DNA of 64,000 nt. It comes from Callorhinchus milii. Taxonomy: Eukaryota. Made by a program: the position numbers and the translations under genes. The notes below the pieces were generated by a model, which searched no databases, had not been told where the DNA came from, and was given only the letters and a program-made list of their open reading frames with translations. Location: NCBI RefSeq assembly GCF_018977255.1, contig NW_024704742.1:44332001-44396000 (forward strand). Direction: 5' to 3'. Shown piece after piece: positions 1-13,172 of the stretch (positions within the stretch are counted from its first letter, which is position 1; each line of letters starts with the position of its first letter).

Positions 1-1674
1 CTCCAGCTCGGATCCTGCTCTGTACTCTAATCCATTTCCACATATATCACAAAGTTTAAGGACGGGACAGGCCAGTCCACGTGGGATAGACTAAAAGTTA
101 AGATGTTTGGCAACCTGATGCCTACCGTTAGCTATTCGTCTGAGACCAATTTAGAAGCTGGACCGAAACTTGTAGAAGATTAGCTGGTTAGCAGCTGGAA
201 TCGCTTCCCTTGCCACCTCTCATTTGCTACATGGAAACAGACTCCTGTTAACTGCGGGATATAACTTCAGCCATGTATGACGCTTTGCTCCAGGGATGTC
301 ATGAATTGCAGACACTGGGCTGTGGGCAGCATTCTCCAGTAATGCTGTTAACAGAGCGAAACAGTCCAGATGTCACATGAGGGGCAGTTCTGTGCAAAAC
401 TGACAGCCACACACTGTGCCTCAAGACATATTGTTTTTTTCAGCCTGCTTCTGAAGGAGCAAGTTGAAAACATGGAACACGTTATGAGAAGTTAACCGAT
501 TGATGTCAGCTATTGCCCAGGTATTTGGCCCCTTGAAAAGCGATGAGGTATTTTGTGAAAATTCAGTGTATTATGCATCCTTATTAGCTAAGAAAACATG
601 AAGGAAGTTAGTTCATATCATTTTCATTTTATTTTTGTGCAAAGCTTCCTTCGCCCACAATAGCTTTTCATCTTTCATTCAAGGCCTTTGTCTTTACTAT
701 CACTTTCTATGGTCTTTCCACCTACTCATTCAGCATGCATGATGGAGAATAGTCTAACCTAGTTATACATTTTAATTATTTTGTTGAAAACTTGCCCTCC
801 TTTAGAGGAAAGATTACTTGGCAAAGGAAGCCACCAGGCTTGGGACCATTTCTTGCAATCATATAGAGTCAAAATTGTTTGTCCTTTATTTAAGGAATGG
901 TGTTCAAATGTGCATTAAAAAATCACCCAACCAACTTCTGAATAATAGCATCCTAAACTCAGATGTAAAGCCCTGGCTGCTGCCACCTTGGATTCTTGTT
1001 CAGCGGGTATTATTTTTGATCGTGGCCTCTCGGAACTTATTTGAGATATGCTGGCCTAACTTGGTACCTGCGAATAATGTGGAGAGAAATTTTCTGCACC
1101 CACAAGCAACATGAGAGATTGTAGGATGAGGAGGGTGGGCTTTCAGCCAGGTTTGTGTGCTGCCACTGATCAAAAATCTAGCAGGTGGGGGGGATTTCAA
1201 AACTTTGTCAAGTCTTAAATAACAAAATTAATGTGCTCAGGAACACCACAATTTTTTTTACTGCACAGTTACTAAACATTCTAATTAACATTCTTTAGGG
1301 GGTTTCAGACGATATGTTTATTTACAGTGCCTGGTAAAGACGTCACCCGTTTCTCAGACTGATATTTTCAGGGACCTGTAATATCAGCAGATAGTCAGTA
1401 GCCTAAGGGGGCTTCAGCATCAAATGTATACATTAATTCAGCTCCTTCACATTGACAAGCTCAGGATCCAGTGATGCCATCAGCACTTGGGGTTTAAACC
1501 ACCAAGCTCCTCACCAACTTGACATTAGAAATTAAAAGGATGTTAGTTAATCATTCTAACAGTGTGATATTTAAAGGGGTCCTGATTGTGAGGCTTTCTC
1601 ATAAAATGCATGACTTGAAAAGTGCTTTTGTCTTGGCATTAACATGTTTAACAAATTATGTTTAACTTTATCTG

Positions 1675-1943
1675 TGGTCAGGCTTTCAACCTATCTGCCC
1701 TATTCTCTGGAACTCCATTCTGGAGTCTCTCTGACTTGCCTCCTCCCTTGCCTCTTTTAAGGTCACTCTCAAGATCCTCCTCTTTTACTGCATCTTTGGT
1801 CATTTTTCCCCTCTTCCTACCACCTCCCTTAGCTCCTCCCTCTCCCCAGCTCTCACCCTCAGCTTGTGTGCAAACCCTGGATTATCAGTGCCTTGGATGA
1901 CCTCCTGACATGGAAGGCGCTATATGAATGTAAATTTGTTGCT
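1675..1943 (+). mobile_element. L2 LINE 3' end fragment
   Basis: ctctggaactcc (LWNS) region, pyrimidine-rich 3' UTR, terminal stem-loop gtgccttggatgacctcctgacatggaaggcgctatat and ttgttg tail shared with other L2 copies here. Confidence 0.8.
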
Positions 1944-2023
1944 ATCCAGTATTAGACAATTCATAGGCATAAATTATAATGAAGGGATTTTATATTTTTG
2001 AGGCTCTTTATTAATTTGGAGTT

Positions 2024-2645
2024 AACAGCAATAACAACAGCTTGCATTTACATAGCACCTTTCCTGTGGAGTACTCCACAATGGTGGAGTTTGGTGCCAA
2101 GCCGGGGAAGGTCACCATATGCACAGTCAAAGAGGAAGGTCTTCAGGTGTGATCTAAAGACTGGGAAGAAAGAGGCAAGGCAATGGGATTGAGCCAGCAT
2201 GTTTCACAGTTTGGGGCATAGTGGCTGAAAGCACGGCCTCTGATGATGGAGCGGAGGGGACAAGAGATGTGCAGGAGGCTGGAGCCAGCTGAGTAAAGGC
2301 AGTGGAGTGGGGTGTAAGCATGTCAGAGAGGTATGAAGGTGCCAGGGCATGGAGTAATTTGTGCACAAGTATAAGAATCTTGAAATCAATCAATCCATTC
2401 TGTAATACGGAGCCAGTTGAACATGGCAAGGACTGGGGTGATGGGATATGGAGTTTGATGTGGGTGAAGATATGGGCAGTGGAGTTTGAATTAGTCGGAT
2501 TTTGTGAATGGTGGTACTGGGGAGACTGGTGAGCAGGGCATTGGAATAATCGAGTAAAGAGGTGACGAGGGGATGAATAAGGGTTTTGCTGTGTTGGGTT
2601 AAACATGAAATAAGGAATACCTCACATTTTACTGCATCGTTCAGG
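2024..2645 (-). mobile_element. L2 LINE 3' portion (degenerate ORF2 C-terminus)
   Basis: Minus-strand peptides [22 protein letters not shown] and IDFKILILVHKLLHALAPSYLSDML; (CAA)n-like tail at 2024-2040. Confidence 0.9.
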
Positions 2646-2849
2646 TAACTCAATACTGCCATTTCAAATTGAAAGGTAGGCAGATTATGATGGGGTGGAG
2701 GGGACAAGAGATGTGCAGGGGGCCAGAGACAGCTAAGTGAAGGCAGTGGGGTGGAGTATAAGCATGTCAGAGAGGTAGGGAGGTGTTTACAAATTGAATA
2801 AGTAATCTGCCTACCTTTCAATTCTTATTAAATCTTTAATGCCCTTAAT

Positions 2850-3010
2850 GTCAGCCCGCCTCAGTTGGCACAGCTCTTACCTCTGAGTCAGAAAGTCACG
2901 AGTTCAAGCCCCTCATCAAAACTTTGAACTCTGTCTGGGCTGACAGTGCTGGGGTAGTGCTCCAATGTTACCTTTCAGATGAGATGTTAAATCAAGGGCT
3001 TGTCTGCCAT
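2850..3010 (+). mobile_element. Deu-domain-type tRNA-headed SINE, 5' part
   Basis: tgtcagcc..ctcagttgg..acctctgagtcagaa..gttcaagccc head (A/B-box-like), then ctttcagatgagatgttaaa core matching other copies in the window. Confidence 0.75.
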
Positions 3011-3845
3011 TTTGTTATTGATTAAAATTGCCAAATGGGGCCGTTTGGAAAGAATTTACATGGGAATCTGCACAGAGTTCCTACTTATTCTGTAGCATTA
3101 ATCCAGGAGATAAAGACTTTTTGTTTCAGTGAACTTGTAACTTGCCTTTCAACTTACTGTCAGCCATCACTTACATACACAGGTCCGAATGACATTTCTG
3201 CTGTTGCAACTCTCTCAATGTGTCAGATTTCACATTTTTCAAGAATGATACATGCAGTCCAGATATCCTTTGTAACTAAGTGGATAATAGAAGATTCTGC
3301 TGATATGGTTTCCGATCAGATGAAGTCCAGATGAAGGGTGCTATATAAATGCAAGTTATTGTTATTGCAAATTTAATAAAAAGCCTTGAAAATATAAAAT
3401 CCTTTCATTTTAATTTCTGTTAATTTGTGCCTATGAATTGTCTTATACTGGACAACAACAACAACACATTTGCACTCATAAAGCGTTTACATTCATATGT
3501 ACATTAATGACAGTGTCAGAGCATTCTGACCCTCTGGTTTCCACAATTGCTTGGATTTCTTTTTGTGAAAGTGAGAAATTGAATTTCAAAAATGTAAAGA
3601 ATAAAAAGCCTGTGTCCAATACTTACCTTGTTGAAGTTGGAAACGGATGCTGCTTTACAACAGAGAATTACAACAGTAAAATGGATGGATCACTACAATA
3701 AAACTGAACTAAACTATTAGACATTAGAATTCTCATCATAAAGGACACAAATCCCCTCCTAATTATGCCAACAAAGGATGGTTAGTACATCATTATTATG
3801 AGGCCTTGGTATTTAACCAGAGCCTTGATTTATCTTCACCAGATT

Positions 3846-3983
3846 GAGGAGGGCAAGTTTTCGGGGCTATGGGGAAAGAGCGGAAGAGTGGGATTGAATT
3901 AGAAAGCTCTTTTCAAAGAGCCGGCACAGATATGATGGGCCAAATGGCCTCCTTCTGTGCTCTATAATTTTATGATTCTATGA
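3846..3983 (+). mobile_element. CR1 LINE 3' end
   Basis: gatgggccaaatggcctccttctgtgct..tatgattctatga terminus, same as the 6740 and 9281 copies. Confidence 0.85.
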
Positions 3984-4020
3984 GATCACCAAGAATTGAA
4001 GATCACTTAATACTTAATAG

Positions 4021-4230
4021 ATCTGAGGCTGGCTTGGCATCAACATCCACCACTGTTAAATGTTCTGAGATACTATCTCATGTGAAGGGTGCTATACAAA
4101 TGCAAGTTGTTGTTGCGATACTGATGAGAACTGCATTGTCAGAGTGCAGTCCTTCGGTTGAGACGTGAACTGAAGTAATGACTACACTTTCAGGCGCACG
4201 CTAAAGATCCCATGGCAATATTCAAAAACG
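4021..4230 (+). mobile_element. L2 tail followed by a Deu-type SINE core fragment
   Basis: gtgctatacaaatgcaagttgttgttg tail, then ccttcggttgagacgtgaac..aaagatcccatggca core. Confidence 0.7.
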
Positions 4231-4495
4231 CTTGTGAAATGCTTTGACACATTGCTGCATGAAATGTCATTGTGAAAAAGTATTTAAAAAAACATGAAAT
4301 ATTCATAATCTCAGCAACAATAATATCAAATATTCCCTAATAGATTACCAGCCATTTGTGAGAAATTATAATTTTTTTACTTTTTAAAAAAAAGCTGTGT
4401 TGTGTTGAAAGCAGATGCTCATCTGTCACCATCATGATAAGGGGAATTCATTACCCTTGCTGTGCTATTGAACTTTTCAATGATGCATGAATGGG

Positions 4496-4716
4496 AAGAA
4501 ATTCCACCGGGTCTAGAATTACTTTACTTATGTAACATTTAGAGCATTTAAAATTTGACAAATTGTTGAATTCAATCTTAACTTGGAAGTTGGTTTTCTG
4601 TCATTTTCGAAAGAACTTACAGAAAACCGGCTTCAAAATTAAGGGTGTATTTAAGAGTTTACCAAATTCTAAGGGGTTTTAGAGTAGAATAAATTTATAC
4701 CTAGGTGAAATCTCTT
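4496..4716. repeat. Imperfect ~220-bp palindrome (MITE-like)
   Basis: Outer arms gaaattccaccgggtctagaatt / aatttatacctaggtgaaatctc; inner arms cttaacttggaagttggttttctgt / acagaaaaccggcttcaaaattaag; centre near 4608. Confidence 0.7.
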
Positions 4717-6314
4717 AAATGATTACCTCAAGTAGTTGCCCAATTTGACTGATCTTATCTGAGGGTTATTTCCCATTGGCTCATTCTAATCATTGAGTAT
4801 TAATTTAATGGGCAAAGAGGACTGTCAGCTGAATTCAAGGTGCTACTAATATACTGTTCCAGAGGCTCTTTAATCTCTACAATTGTGCAGAGTGGTAGGC
4901 AGAAAGCAACACATCTGTACCATTGCTGCTTCCTCAGTCTCTTTTGGCCTTCATATTAGGGTACTACAAAGGTGGTTAGTAGTACTGCTTATTTGCAGGA
5001 ACTGAGAGCAGATAATACAAATCGTACTTCCCTCTCAGTATGGACAATATAGAAGGGAAGCCAAAGTTTCCTGCCTGATGATGCTCCAATTTGAGCCTCA
5101 GTCAGGTCAATCCGGCTTTTCAGGTCATACTGTTCTGAATGGCTTTTTCTGCTGGTGTCTGGATGTTAAGTGCTTATAATTCACCCTCTGGCATCTTGCA
5201 AGTCTGGCAGCTGAAAATCCACTTTCCGGCTTTGTTGTTTTGTTCTCTTTCACATTGTGGAACCTTTTCCTGACCTTTCCTAGGATTTATCTACATATAA
5301 TTGACACTGGGTTGCTTGCCTTGTGATCTCATCCCAGATATGTCAATTTGGGAGCTATGTGCCTAAGCTGAATATTGCTGCCCTGTATGTAATACAATGA
5401 TGGAGTAGCACAATGATGGTGAGCCCAATGTCTATAAAATGCAGCGTTCTCAACAATGTTTCCACTTATTCCATTTAAACTGTCTGACAGTTTGTTTCTT
5501 ACTGGGGTTAAAAGGATAATTTCCTGCTTGTTAAAGTGCAAAACTGTGATAATCACAGTTCAGTTCTGTCTGCTTCAGTAAACTTTGCAAACAGTGGGTG
5601 TCATGAGGCTGCACAAAGGAGCTGCAGAGATCCATATGTTCATTAATTGTTCACTTTGCACAAAGAGTTCCTCCAGTAAAGTACCCAAATGCTGACACCA
5701 GAAAGTCAGCCCTTTGGTACCATCCCCAGAGAGGATTCAAGCGTCCAGGTAAAACCATCAGTTACTGTGGAGAAGCAGGTGATGTATTTCATGGACTAGC
5801 GATATTCACAGCAGTCTGAGTAAAATTCAACTCTGTCAACGCAAAATTTGATAATGGTAAAGTGAAATTCAATCATTGAAAGAGGAAAATGTAATCAAAG
5901 AAAACAGGGTCACGATGAACCAGTGTGTAATTCCATTACTGCATTGTACATGCTTGCAGTACACAGCAACTATGGAAGGCTCTAAGATGAACTCATCCTG
6001 GATACAATCTCAGCAGCCTCAGAGCCTGCAAGTTGTCAGAGAAACTGCAACTGTCAGTAGCAAGTGGAATTGTTAGAGCAAGCTACTTTGAAGCAAATAA
6101 AAACAGAGTAACCTTACAAATGAAACTCAGGAGCTCTGCTCACTTCCACCATGAATACAGCTTTTCAGTAGATTTTTATGGTTTTCAGGTAGAATTGATG
6201 AAATGCTTTGTTGTTTTGTTCTCTTTCACATTGTGGAACCTTTTCAGATAGAATTGATGCTAAATATGTAGTCTAAATCAGGCATCAATTTATTTCTAAG
6301 GCATGCTTTCCATG

Positions 6315-6660
6315 TTGTTGTTCTTTTGTGGTCATTTGTTTGTCTGAGATACGTGGAAACCCATTGCCATGTTAAAGAGTGTCCAAACCAGACTGAGAGT
6401 TCCCCAGATATATGGCACATACGTATTGAAATTTCCCAATGTCTGGAACGGATTGTGCATTCCATTTCTGGAGGGGCTCACCCAGCTTACCTAATTCTGG
6501 ATAGTATTGAGCCAGGCTGGCTGGTCAGTCATCAGCAGTGTCCTTGAAGATGTGTGGACCTGCCTGTTGCAATCTGAGGCTGCCTCGGAGGTTTACCTTT
6601 AATAAAACATTCTAGCACGCCACAAGCACATCACCTCGGAGCCAACTCATCTCCAAAGAG
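6315..6660 (-). mobile_element. Unclassified interspersed repeat (family X), copy 1
   Basis: Shares gaaacccat..aagagtgtccaaaccagactgagagttccc and ccagcttacctaatt with copies at 26.6, 32.3, 38.6 and 50.6 kb. Confidence 0.65.
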
Positions 6661-6739
6661 TTCTTGATTTCCTGCTTCCCAAAGAGGAAGCTTTTTAAGT
6701 TGGTACTGGAGTAAAGTTGTATCATAATGGAGCAGAAAC

Positions 6740-6915
6740 AGTACGGAAGAGCTTTTAAAAAACTCTTAGATAAGTATTTGGGGAGGACAAGTTTGCAGGG
6801 CTATGGGGAAAGAGTGGGGGAGTGGGATTGAATTGGATAGCTTTTCAAAGAACCCGCGCAGACACGATGGGCTGAATGGCCTCCTTCTGTGCTGTATAAC
6901 TCTATGATTCTATGA
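6740..6915 (+). mobile_element. CR1 LINE 3' end
   Basis: gatgggctgaatggcctccttctgtgctgtataactctatgattctatga terminus. Confidence 0.85.
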
Positions 6916-9900
6916 AAAAGTGTCAATTTCATAAATAGAATAGTTGGTTTGAAGAAGAAGTTGTACTGGAAGTGCATGTCATGGTATGAACATTTCTCTG
7001 TGAGTGCAAAGTTCCAAAGAATTCAGAGTGCTGCAAGTGCAAGGTTGTAATAGGTAATTTGTTTCTTCTTGAGTTGTTTTTGTCAGTGTAGTTGGTGCTA
7101 ATTAGTAGTTTTCTCAATTATGAGAACTACTGCAGTATGTGAAAGGCTGATAATTATTTTGATAAAGAAAGCATATATTTCCAGCCAGCATTTTGTAGTA
7201 TTTTTGGTTCATTATAGGCAGAGAGTGAGGTGCTGGAGATGCTAAAAGTGTCACAGTTGTAGTTTAGAGACTGATATTTTAAACTGGGGAAACAGTGACC
7301 AGTGGTTGGTGAGATGCTTGGTAGATGCTTAGTAATTTTAAAAAAATCCATATTTAACTGAATTGTGTTTTTTATTTGACACTGAAAGAGCTTTGACTGA
7401 AATTCAGGCCAGTTGTGATTTGGTTCCTGGGAATACTCAGTGCTGCTTTCCATGTCTACACCTGTCAAGGTTCAATCATTGCAATTGACACTCATTCATT
7501 CAGTGTAAGGTAACCTACAAGTGCTGCTTGTCATTGTTAAAAATAAACACAGCTACCTTTGTTTAAATGGTTTTGCTATCTATCTCACTTGCTGTGATCA
7601 GTAACCTTGTCCAACATGTTCTCAGTGCTGACACTTTTCCAAACACTAATGCCAATTTATAATTATTTCCCTGTCAGGGTCATTGGTTAGTGGGTGTTTG
7701 TAACAGTTACAATTGTAGGTATTTTAAATTAATGTTGAAATAGATAATAAAAAAGTGAAGTCTGTCTATTTAATGTAGGTGTATGGTATTTGATCACTTA
7801 CGATCTAGCATGTTCTGATTAAATGGAAGAGTCAATATAGCTCTAAATCCCTGGTAATCTAGTACACACATAAATGTCTTCCCCTCATTATAAATCAATG
7901 GGTGAAAATAATCCTAGGAAAAGATGGAAGAAGATAAAACCACTCAAATTGTCAATCTTATTCTTTCAACAAACCATTTCTTAAGATTCCTTATGATGGA
8001 CTACAGTGTAGCAACTCATTGTACTAAGGGAAGGCTCTGTGTAAATATTCCCAGGTCTGTAAAAGTAAGCAAACATAAACTGGAAAATATCCATTCACCC
8101 CCATATCTCAACCTTGGTTCTTCAGAGAGAATGAGACTCCTCAAGGGAACTTTATATAGGTACAGTACATGCTTAATGGAAGCAAAAAGTAAACACAAAA
8201 TAATTCTGGAAAAGAACTCACAAGTTCAGGATTGTGAAAACATGTAACAAAGAATAATTTTAATCTTGTCCAATTACACTGCTACCTAAATTCACCCAAC
8301 CTTCTACTCTCCTTGCATTGGGAATGCCATGGAATTTTATATGTTCCATGACTTATTGGATACATAAATTATATATCTGTGAATGCTTAATGCCCTGTAT
8401 GTCTCTTGACATGCTGGAACCACCAAATAAACCACAATGGTCTCTCAGAACAGATTTAAATCTGAACGGTTCCACTTAGCCATTCATTCTTATGTGGCTG
8501 ATGAAGCGAATATAATATCTAAAAAATATTGTCCTCAGAAGCAGGCAAGTGTCTCTGTGGTCCTGAACTGCCTTTCAGCAAATTCATCTGGTGAAAGGCA
8601 GGAATGTCCTCAGTACTTCCAAGGCTTTGTGGATGGGGGTCCAAACTCTATCTCATCAGTGACTAGCAAGTGCAGACATGTCTTTAACCCTGGGAACCAA
8701 GGCTCTAAAGAGTAGGGTAAACTTAGCTAGGCTTATATGTTGGTTCACATTTCGATTTCCTATCAATCATAATTCATTTAAAAAAAAGGAAAGCTGTTCC
8801 AAGTGTGATATTTGAGCACATTATTAAACCTCTTTTATGCCTTCTAGGGAAGGAAAATAAGATATTTGGCAGAGGACCAACTATTAAAACCAATATTTCA
8901 ACCTGGCATGCCTGCATCCATGAAAATGTATGTAAATCAACTTTCATGCCCCATGTATTGCATGGAAGGGAAACTTGGTTATTTTTCACATTGAAAGCAG
9001 TGGAGATTTTACCTACTTCTTAGTAAACACAAAAAATTTTACTTCCTTTACCTCAGTATGACCAATTTCTCTGTGAGTGGATCTGTGTGGAACTGTGGGA
9101 GATGGAGCTTCAGGTTTGAAAATACTTTTTAATTTTAGAAAGAAACTGCAGGAAGACCAATTTGTTCTTACAGTGGCCCAGGGTTTACTGATGATAGATT
9201 CAAAGCTTATGTTAATTAGCATTCTAATGCAATGTCATCAGTTTAATGATATCTTGATGACTCCTTAATTCATTATAGTATCATCATAGAATTATACAGC
9301 ACAGAAAGAGGCCATTTGGCCCATCGTGTGCCGGCTCTTTTAAAAGAGCTATCCAAATCAATCCCACTTCCCTGCTCTCTCCCCATAGCCCTGCAAACTT
9401 GTCCTCCCCAAATAATTATCTACTTCTCTCTTAAAAGTTGTTATTGAATTGACTTCCACCACCCTTTCAGGCAATGCATTCCAGATCCAAACAACTCACT
9501 GTGTGAAAACATTTCTCCCCCCGTCTGTTTCTTTTAACAAATATTTTAAATCGGAGTCCTTGGGTTACTGACCCACCCGCCAGTAGAAATAGTTTCTCCT
9601 TGTTCACCCTATCGAATCCCCTCATAATTTTGAAAACTTATATTAAGTCTCCTCTTAACCTTCTCTGCTCCAAAGAGAATAATCCCAGCTTCTTTATCCT
9701 CTCCTGATACCTGAAGTCCCTCATTGCTGGAACCATCCTGGTAAATCTCCTTTGCACCCTCTCCAATGCCTTCACATCCTTCCTAAAGTGTGGGGCCCAG
9801 AACACAGTACTCTACTGAGGCCGAACCAGTGTTTTATAAAGGTTCATCATAACATCCTGACTTTTGTATTTTATGCCCCTATTTATAAAGCCTAGTATCC

Positions 9901-11330
9901 AGTATGCTTTTTTAACAGCTTTATCTACTTATCCTGCCACCTTCAAAGATTTACTTATATGAACTCCTAAGTCTCTCTGTCCCTTCACCCCCTTTAAGAT
10001 TATACCATCAGTTTACATTGCCTCTCCTCATTCTTTCACCCAAAATGCATCACTTTGCATTTCTCCACATTAAACCTTATCTGCCACGTGTCTGCTCATT
10101 TTACCAGTCTGTCTATGTCCTCTTGCAGTCTGCTACTATCCTCCTCACCGTTTACTACTTTTCCTAGCTTAGTATCATCTGCAAACTTGGAAATTGTACT
10201 CCCTATACTCTAGTACAGGTCATTTATATAGATCAAAAAGAGCAGTGGTCCCAATACTGACCCCCGGGGATACTACTGCACACTTCCCTCCCAGACAGTT
10301 CTGTAACAATGCTGCCACTGTCCCTTTAATACTGTGGATTTCTATTTTGCTTAGCTGTTTCTTTTGTGGCACTTTATCAAATACCTTTTGAAAATCCATA
10401 TAAACTACATCAACTGCACTACCTTCATCCACCCTCTCTGTTACTTCATCAAAAAAACTCTTATCAGGTTTGTTAGATACGATTTGCCTTTAACACATCT
10501 GTGTTGACTGTCCTTTATTAATCCATATTTTTCTAAGTGAAAATTTATTTTGTCCTGGATTATAGTCTCTAGAAGTTTCCCCACTGCTGATGTTAGGCTG
10601 ACTGGCCTGTAGTTCCTGGGTTTATCCTTCTGCCCTTTTTGTACAGGGGGATGACATTTGCAATCCTGCAGTCCTCTGGCACCATCCCGGTGTCCAAGGA
10701 GGATTGAAAGATTATTGCCAGAGCCTCTGCTATTTCCACCCTTAGTTCCCTCAGTAACCTAGGATGTATCCCATTCGGATCAGGTGACTTATCTACCTTG
10801 AGCACTGTCAACCTTTTTAGTACCTCCTCTCTGTTTATTTGTATCCTATCCAATTTCTCTACCCTCTTCTCTGATACTGTGGTATTGGCTATATCCTCTT
10901 CTTTTGTGAACACAGATGCAAAATACTCATTCAAGTACATCAGCCATGCCCTCTGCCTCCACAAGAAGATTTCTTCTTTGGTCCCATTTGGACCCACCCT
11001 ACCTTTGACTAACCTTTTGTTCTTTATATGCTTATAAAATATGTTATGTTTTATGTTACCTGTTAATCTTTTCTCAAACAATCTCTTTGCCCCTCATTTC
11101 CTTTTTCAGTTCTCCTCCGTACTTTCTATATTCTATTTGATTATCTTCTGTATTTTGGACTTGACGTTTATCATAAGCCTTTCTCTGTTTTATTTTTACC
11201 CTAATTTCCATAGCCATCCAGGGAGGTTTGGATTCACTACCTTTCCCCTTTGTAGGAATGTATTTGCTCTGTCCCCAAACTATCTCTCTCTCTGTATATA
11301 CATATACTATATCTATATTAATAATATAAA

Positions 11331-11543
11331 CTAATAATAATCCCTCCAAAAAACAAAACAATAATAAATTAGTCATTTTCAATCCACGACTGTTTTGTGG
11401 GACACTGCTGTGCGCAATTGGCTGCTGTGTTTCGCCCACAAATATACGGTCAATTCACTTTACAGCATATTCTGTGAAGCGCTTTGAGATGTCTAGAAGA
11501 CGTGAAAAGCGCTATATCAAATGCAAGGATTATTATTATTATT
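11331..11543 (+). mobile_element. 5'-truncated tRNA-family SINE with (ATT)n tail, nested in CR1
   Basis: tgtgggacactgctgtgcgcaattggctgc core, aagcgctatatcaaatgcaagg(att)n tail; tatctc repeated on both sides (11281 and after the tail). Confidence 0.9.
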
Positions 11544-12045
11544 ATCTCCTCCTTGAAGGCTTCCCATTGCTTGTTAACTGTTTTACCTGCCAATCTTTCT
11601 TTCCAGGCAACCTTGGCTAGGTCACTTTTTAACTCATTGAAATTAGCCCTCTTCCAGTTGAGTATCTTCACATTTGATTGTTCCTCGTCCCTTTCCATAA
11701 GTACTCTACACCTAATGATGTTGTGATTACTGTTGTCCAGATGCTCTCCTACTGAAATGTGCTCACTTGCTCCACTTCATTCCCCAGAATTAGATCCAGC
11801 ACTGCTTCCTTTCTCATTGGGCTGGAAACATACTGATCCAGAAAGTTATCCTGCACACATTTCAGGAATCCTTCCCCCTCCTTGCCCTTTACACTGCTAT
11901 TTTGCTAGTCCATGTTAGGATAATTGAAGTCCCCCATTATCACTACTCTATTGGTTTTGCATCTTTCTGAAACCTGCTTGCAGATTTGCTCATCTATCTC
12001 CTTCCCACTATTTGGTGGTCTATTGTATACACCTAACAGCGTAAC

Positions 12046-12372
12046 ATAATAATAATAGTAATAATAATAATCCTTGCATTTGATATAGCGCTTTTCACGT
12101 CGGGGGGATGTCCCAAAGCGCTTCACAGAACACACTGTAAAGTGAATTGACTGTATATTTGTGGGCGAACGCGGCAGCCAATTGCGCACAGCAATGTCCC
12201 ACAAATAGTCGTAGATTGAAAATGACCAATTTATTATTATTTTTGGTTTTGGAAGGATTATTATTAGGTGTGTGGAGTAAGGAAACTTGCCCAAGGTTTC
12301 GCCCTGCCTGGAATTGAACTCAGGTCTCTCGCTTGCAAAGCGAGTGCTCTAACCACTGAGCTACAGGACTCC
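12046..12372 (-). mobile_element. Full-length tRNA-derived SINE (short variant), nested in CR1
   Basis: Minus-strand head ggagtcctgtagctcagtggttagagcactcgc..gagttcaattcc (A and B boxes), core, L2-type stem-loop, (ATT)n tail. Confidence 0.92.
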
Positions 12373-12937
12373 ACAACAACTCATTTTCTGCTCCTTAACT
12401 CTAACCAAATGGATTCTGTTTCTGGGCCCTCTAGCACATCACCCCTGTCCAAATCCGTAACCGTGTCTTTAATCAATATTGCCAACCCACCTATTTTTTT
12501 CCCTTCCCTATCCCTCCTGAATACATTGTAGCCAGGAATATTCAGCTTCCATTCCTGCCCTTGTTTGAGTCAGGTCTAAGTTATTGCCACTACATCATAC
12601 CCTCATGTGGAAACTTGAGCCTGAAGCTCACCAATCTTATTGATTTGATTTGCATTTTTTTTATCTACCTAAAGTCATGAAAATAGGCCAACTAGAATTT
12701 TAATATCTGGCTGCAAAGAAAAGTATCTTGTCCAGAGTTAATTATTTGATGTATATGATTTACATTAATATTCTATGTAAAGCATATTTTGATTTATATT
12801 AGTTTAAAGATTAATAAATAAATTTATAAACAAGGATACACCTTGAAAAGCTTCAAATAGCTGTGAATGATAATGGTTTGAGGGCTCCACTGCTCAGAAT
12901 CAGCACATAACTTTCAGATTCTAGATTCCTAACCTCT

Positions 12938-13139
12938 GCAACTATTTTGCCTCAATTTTCACAAAGAAAATTGATAAGGAAAATTGGGTAATATCAGATG
13001 AGGCAAAATCACATCAGTTAAGAGTGAGAGAAAGGAGAAACTCTATCAATTACACGCTTAAAGAGGACAAAACACCTGGCCCAGAGGAACTGCGACCACT
13101 GATTGTTAGGGAAACCAGGGAGTAGATAGTGAGGCTCTA

Positions 13140-13172
<33 letters not shown>

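Larger units (their letters stand above)
9281..12640 (-). mobile_element. Long 5'-truncated CR1 LINE with degenerate endonuclease-RT ORF2, interrupted by two SINEs
   Basis: Peptides VYNRPPNS..VIMGDFNYP (endonuclease), LNEYFASVFT, KSPDPNGIHPRLLREL, VPEDCRIANVIPLYKKG, YMDFQKVFDKVP, FADD at ~10174-10185; CR1 3' end at 9281; frameshifts and stops. Confidence 0.95.

Noticed and set aside
12295..12372. tRNA gene (also 24055-24128 and 26896-26965)
   Set aside because: A/B-box heads run directly into SINE bodies and tails; these are SINE heads
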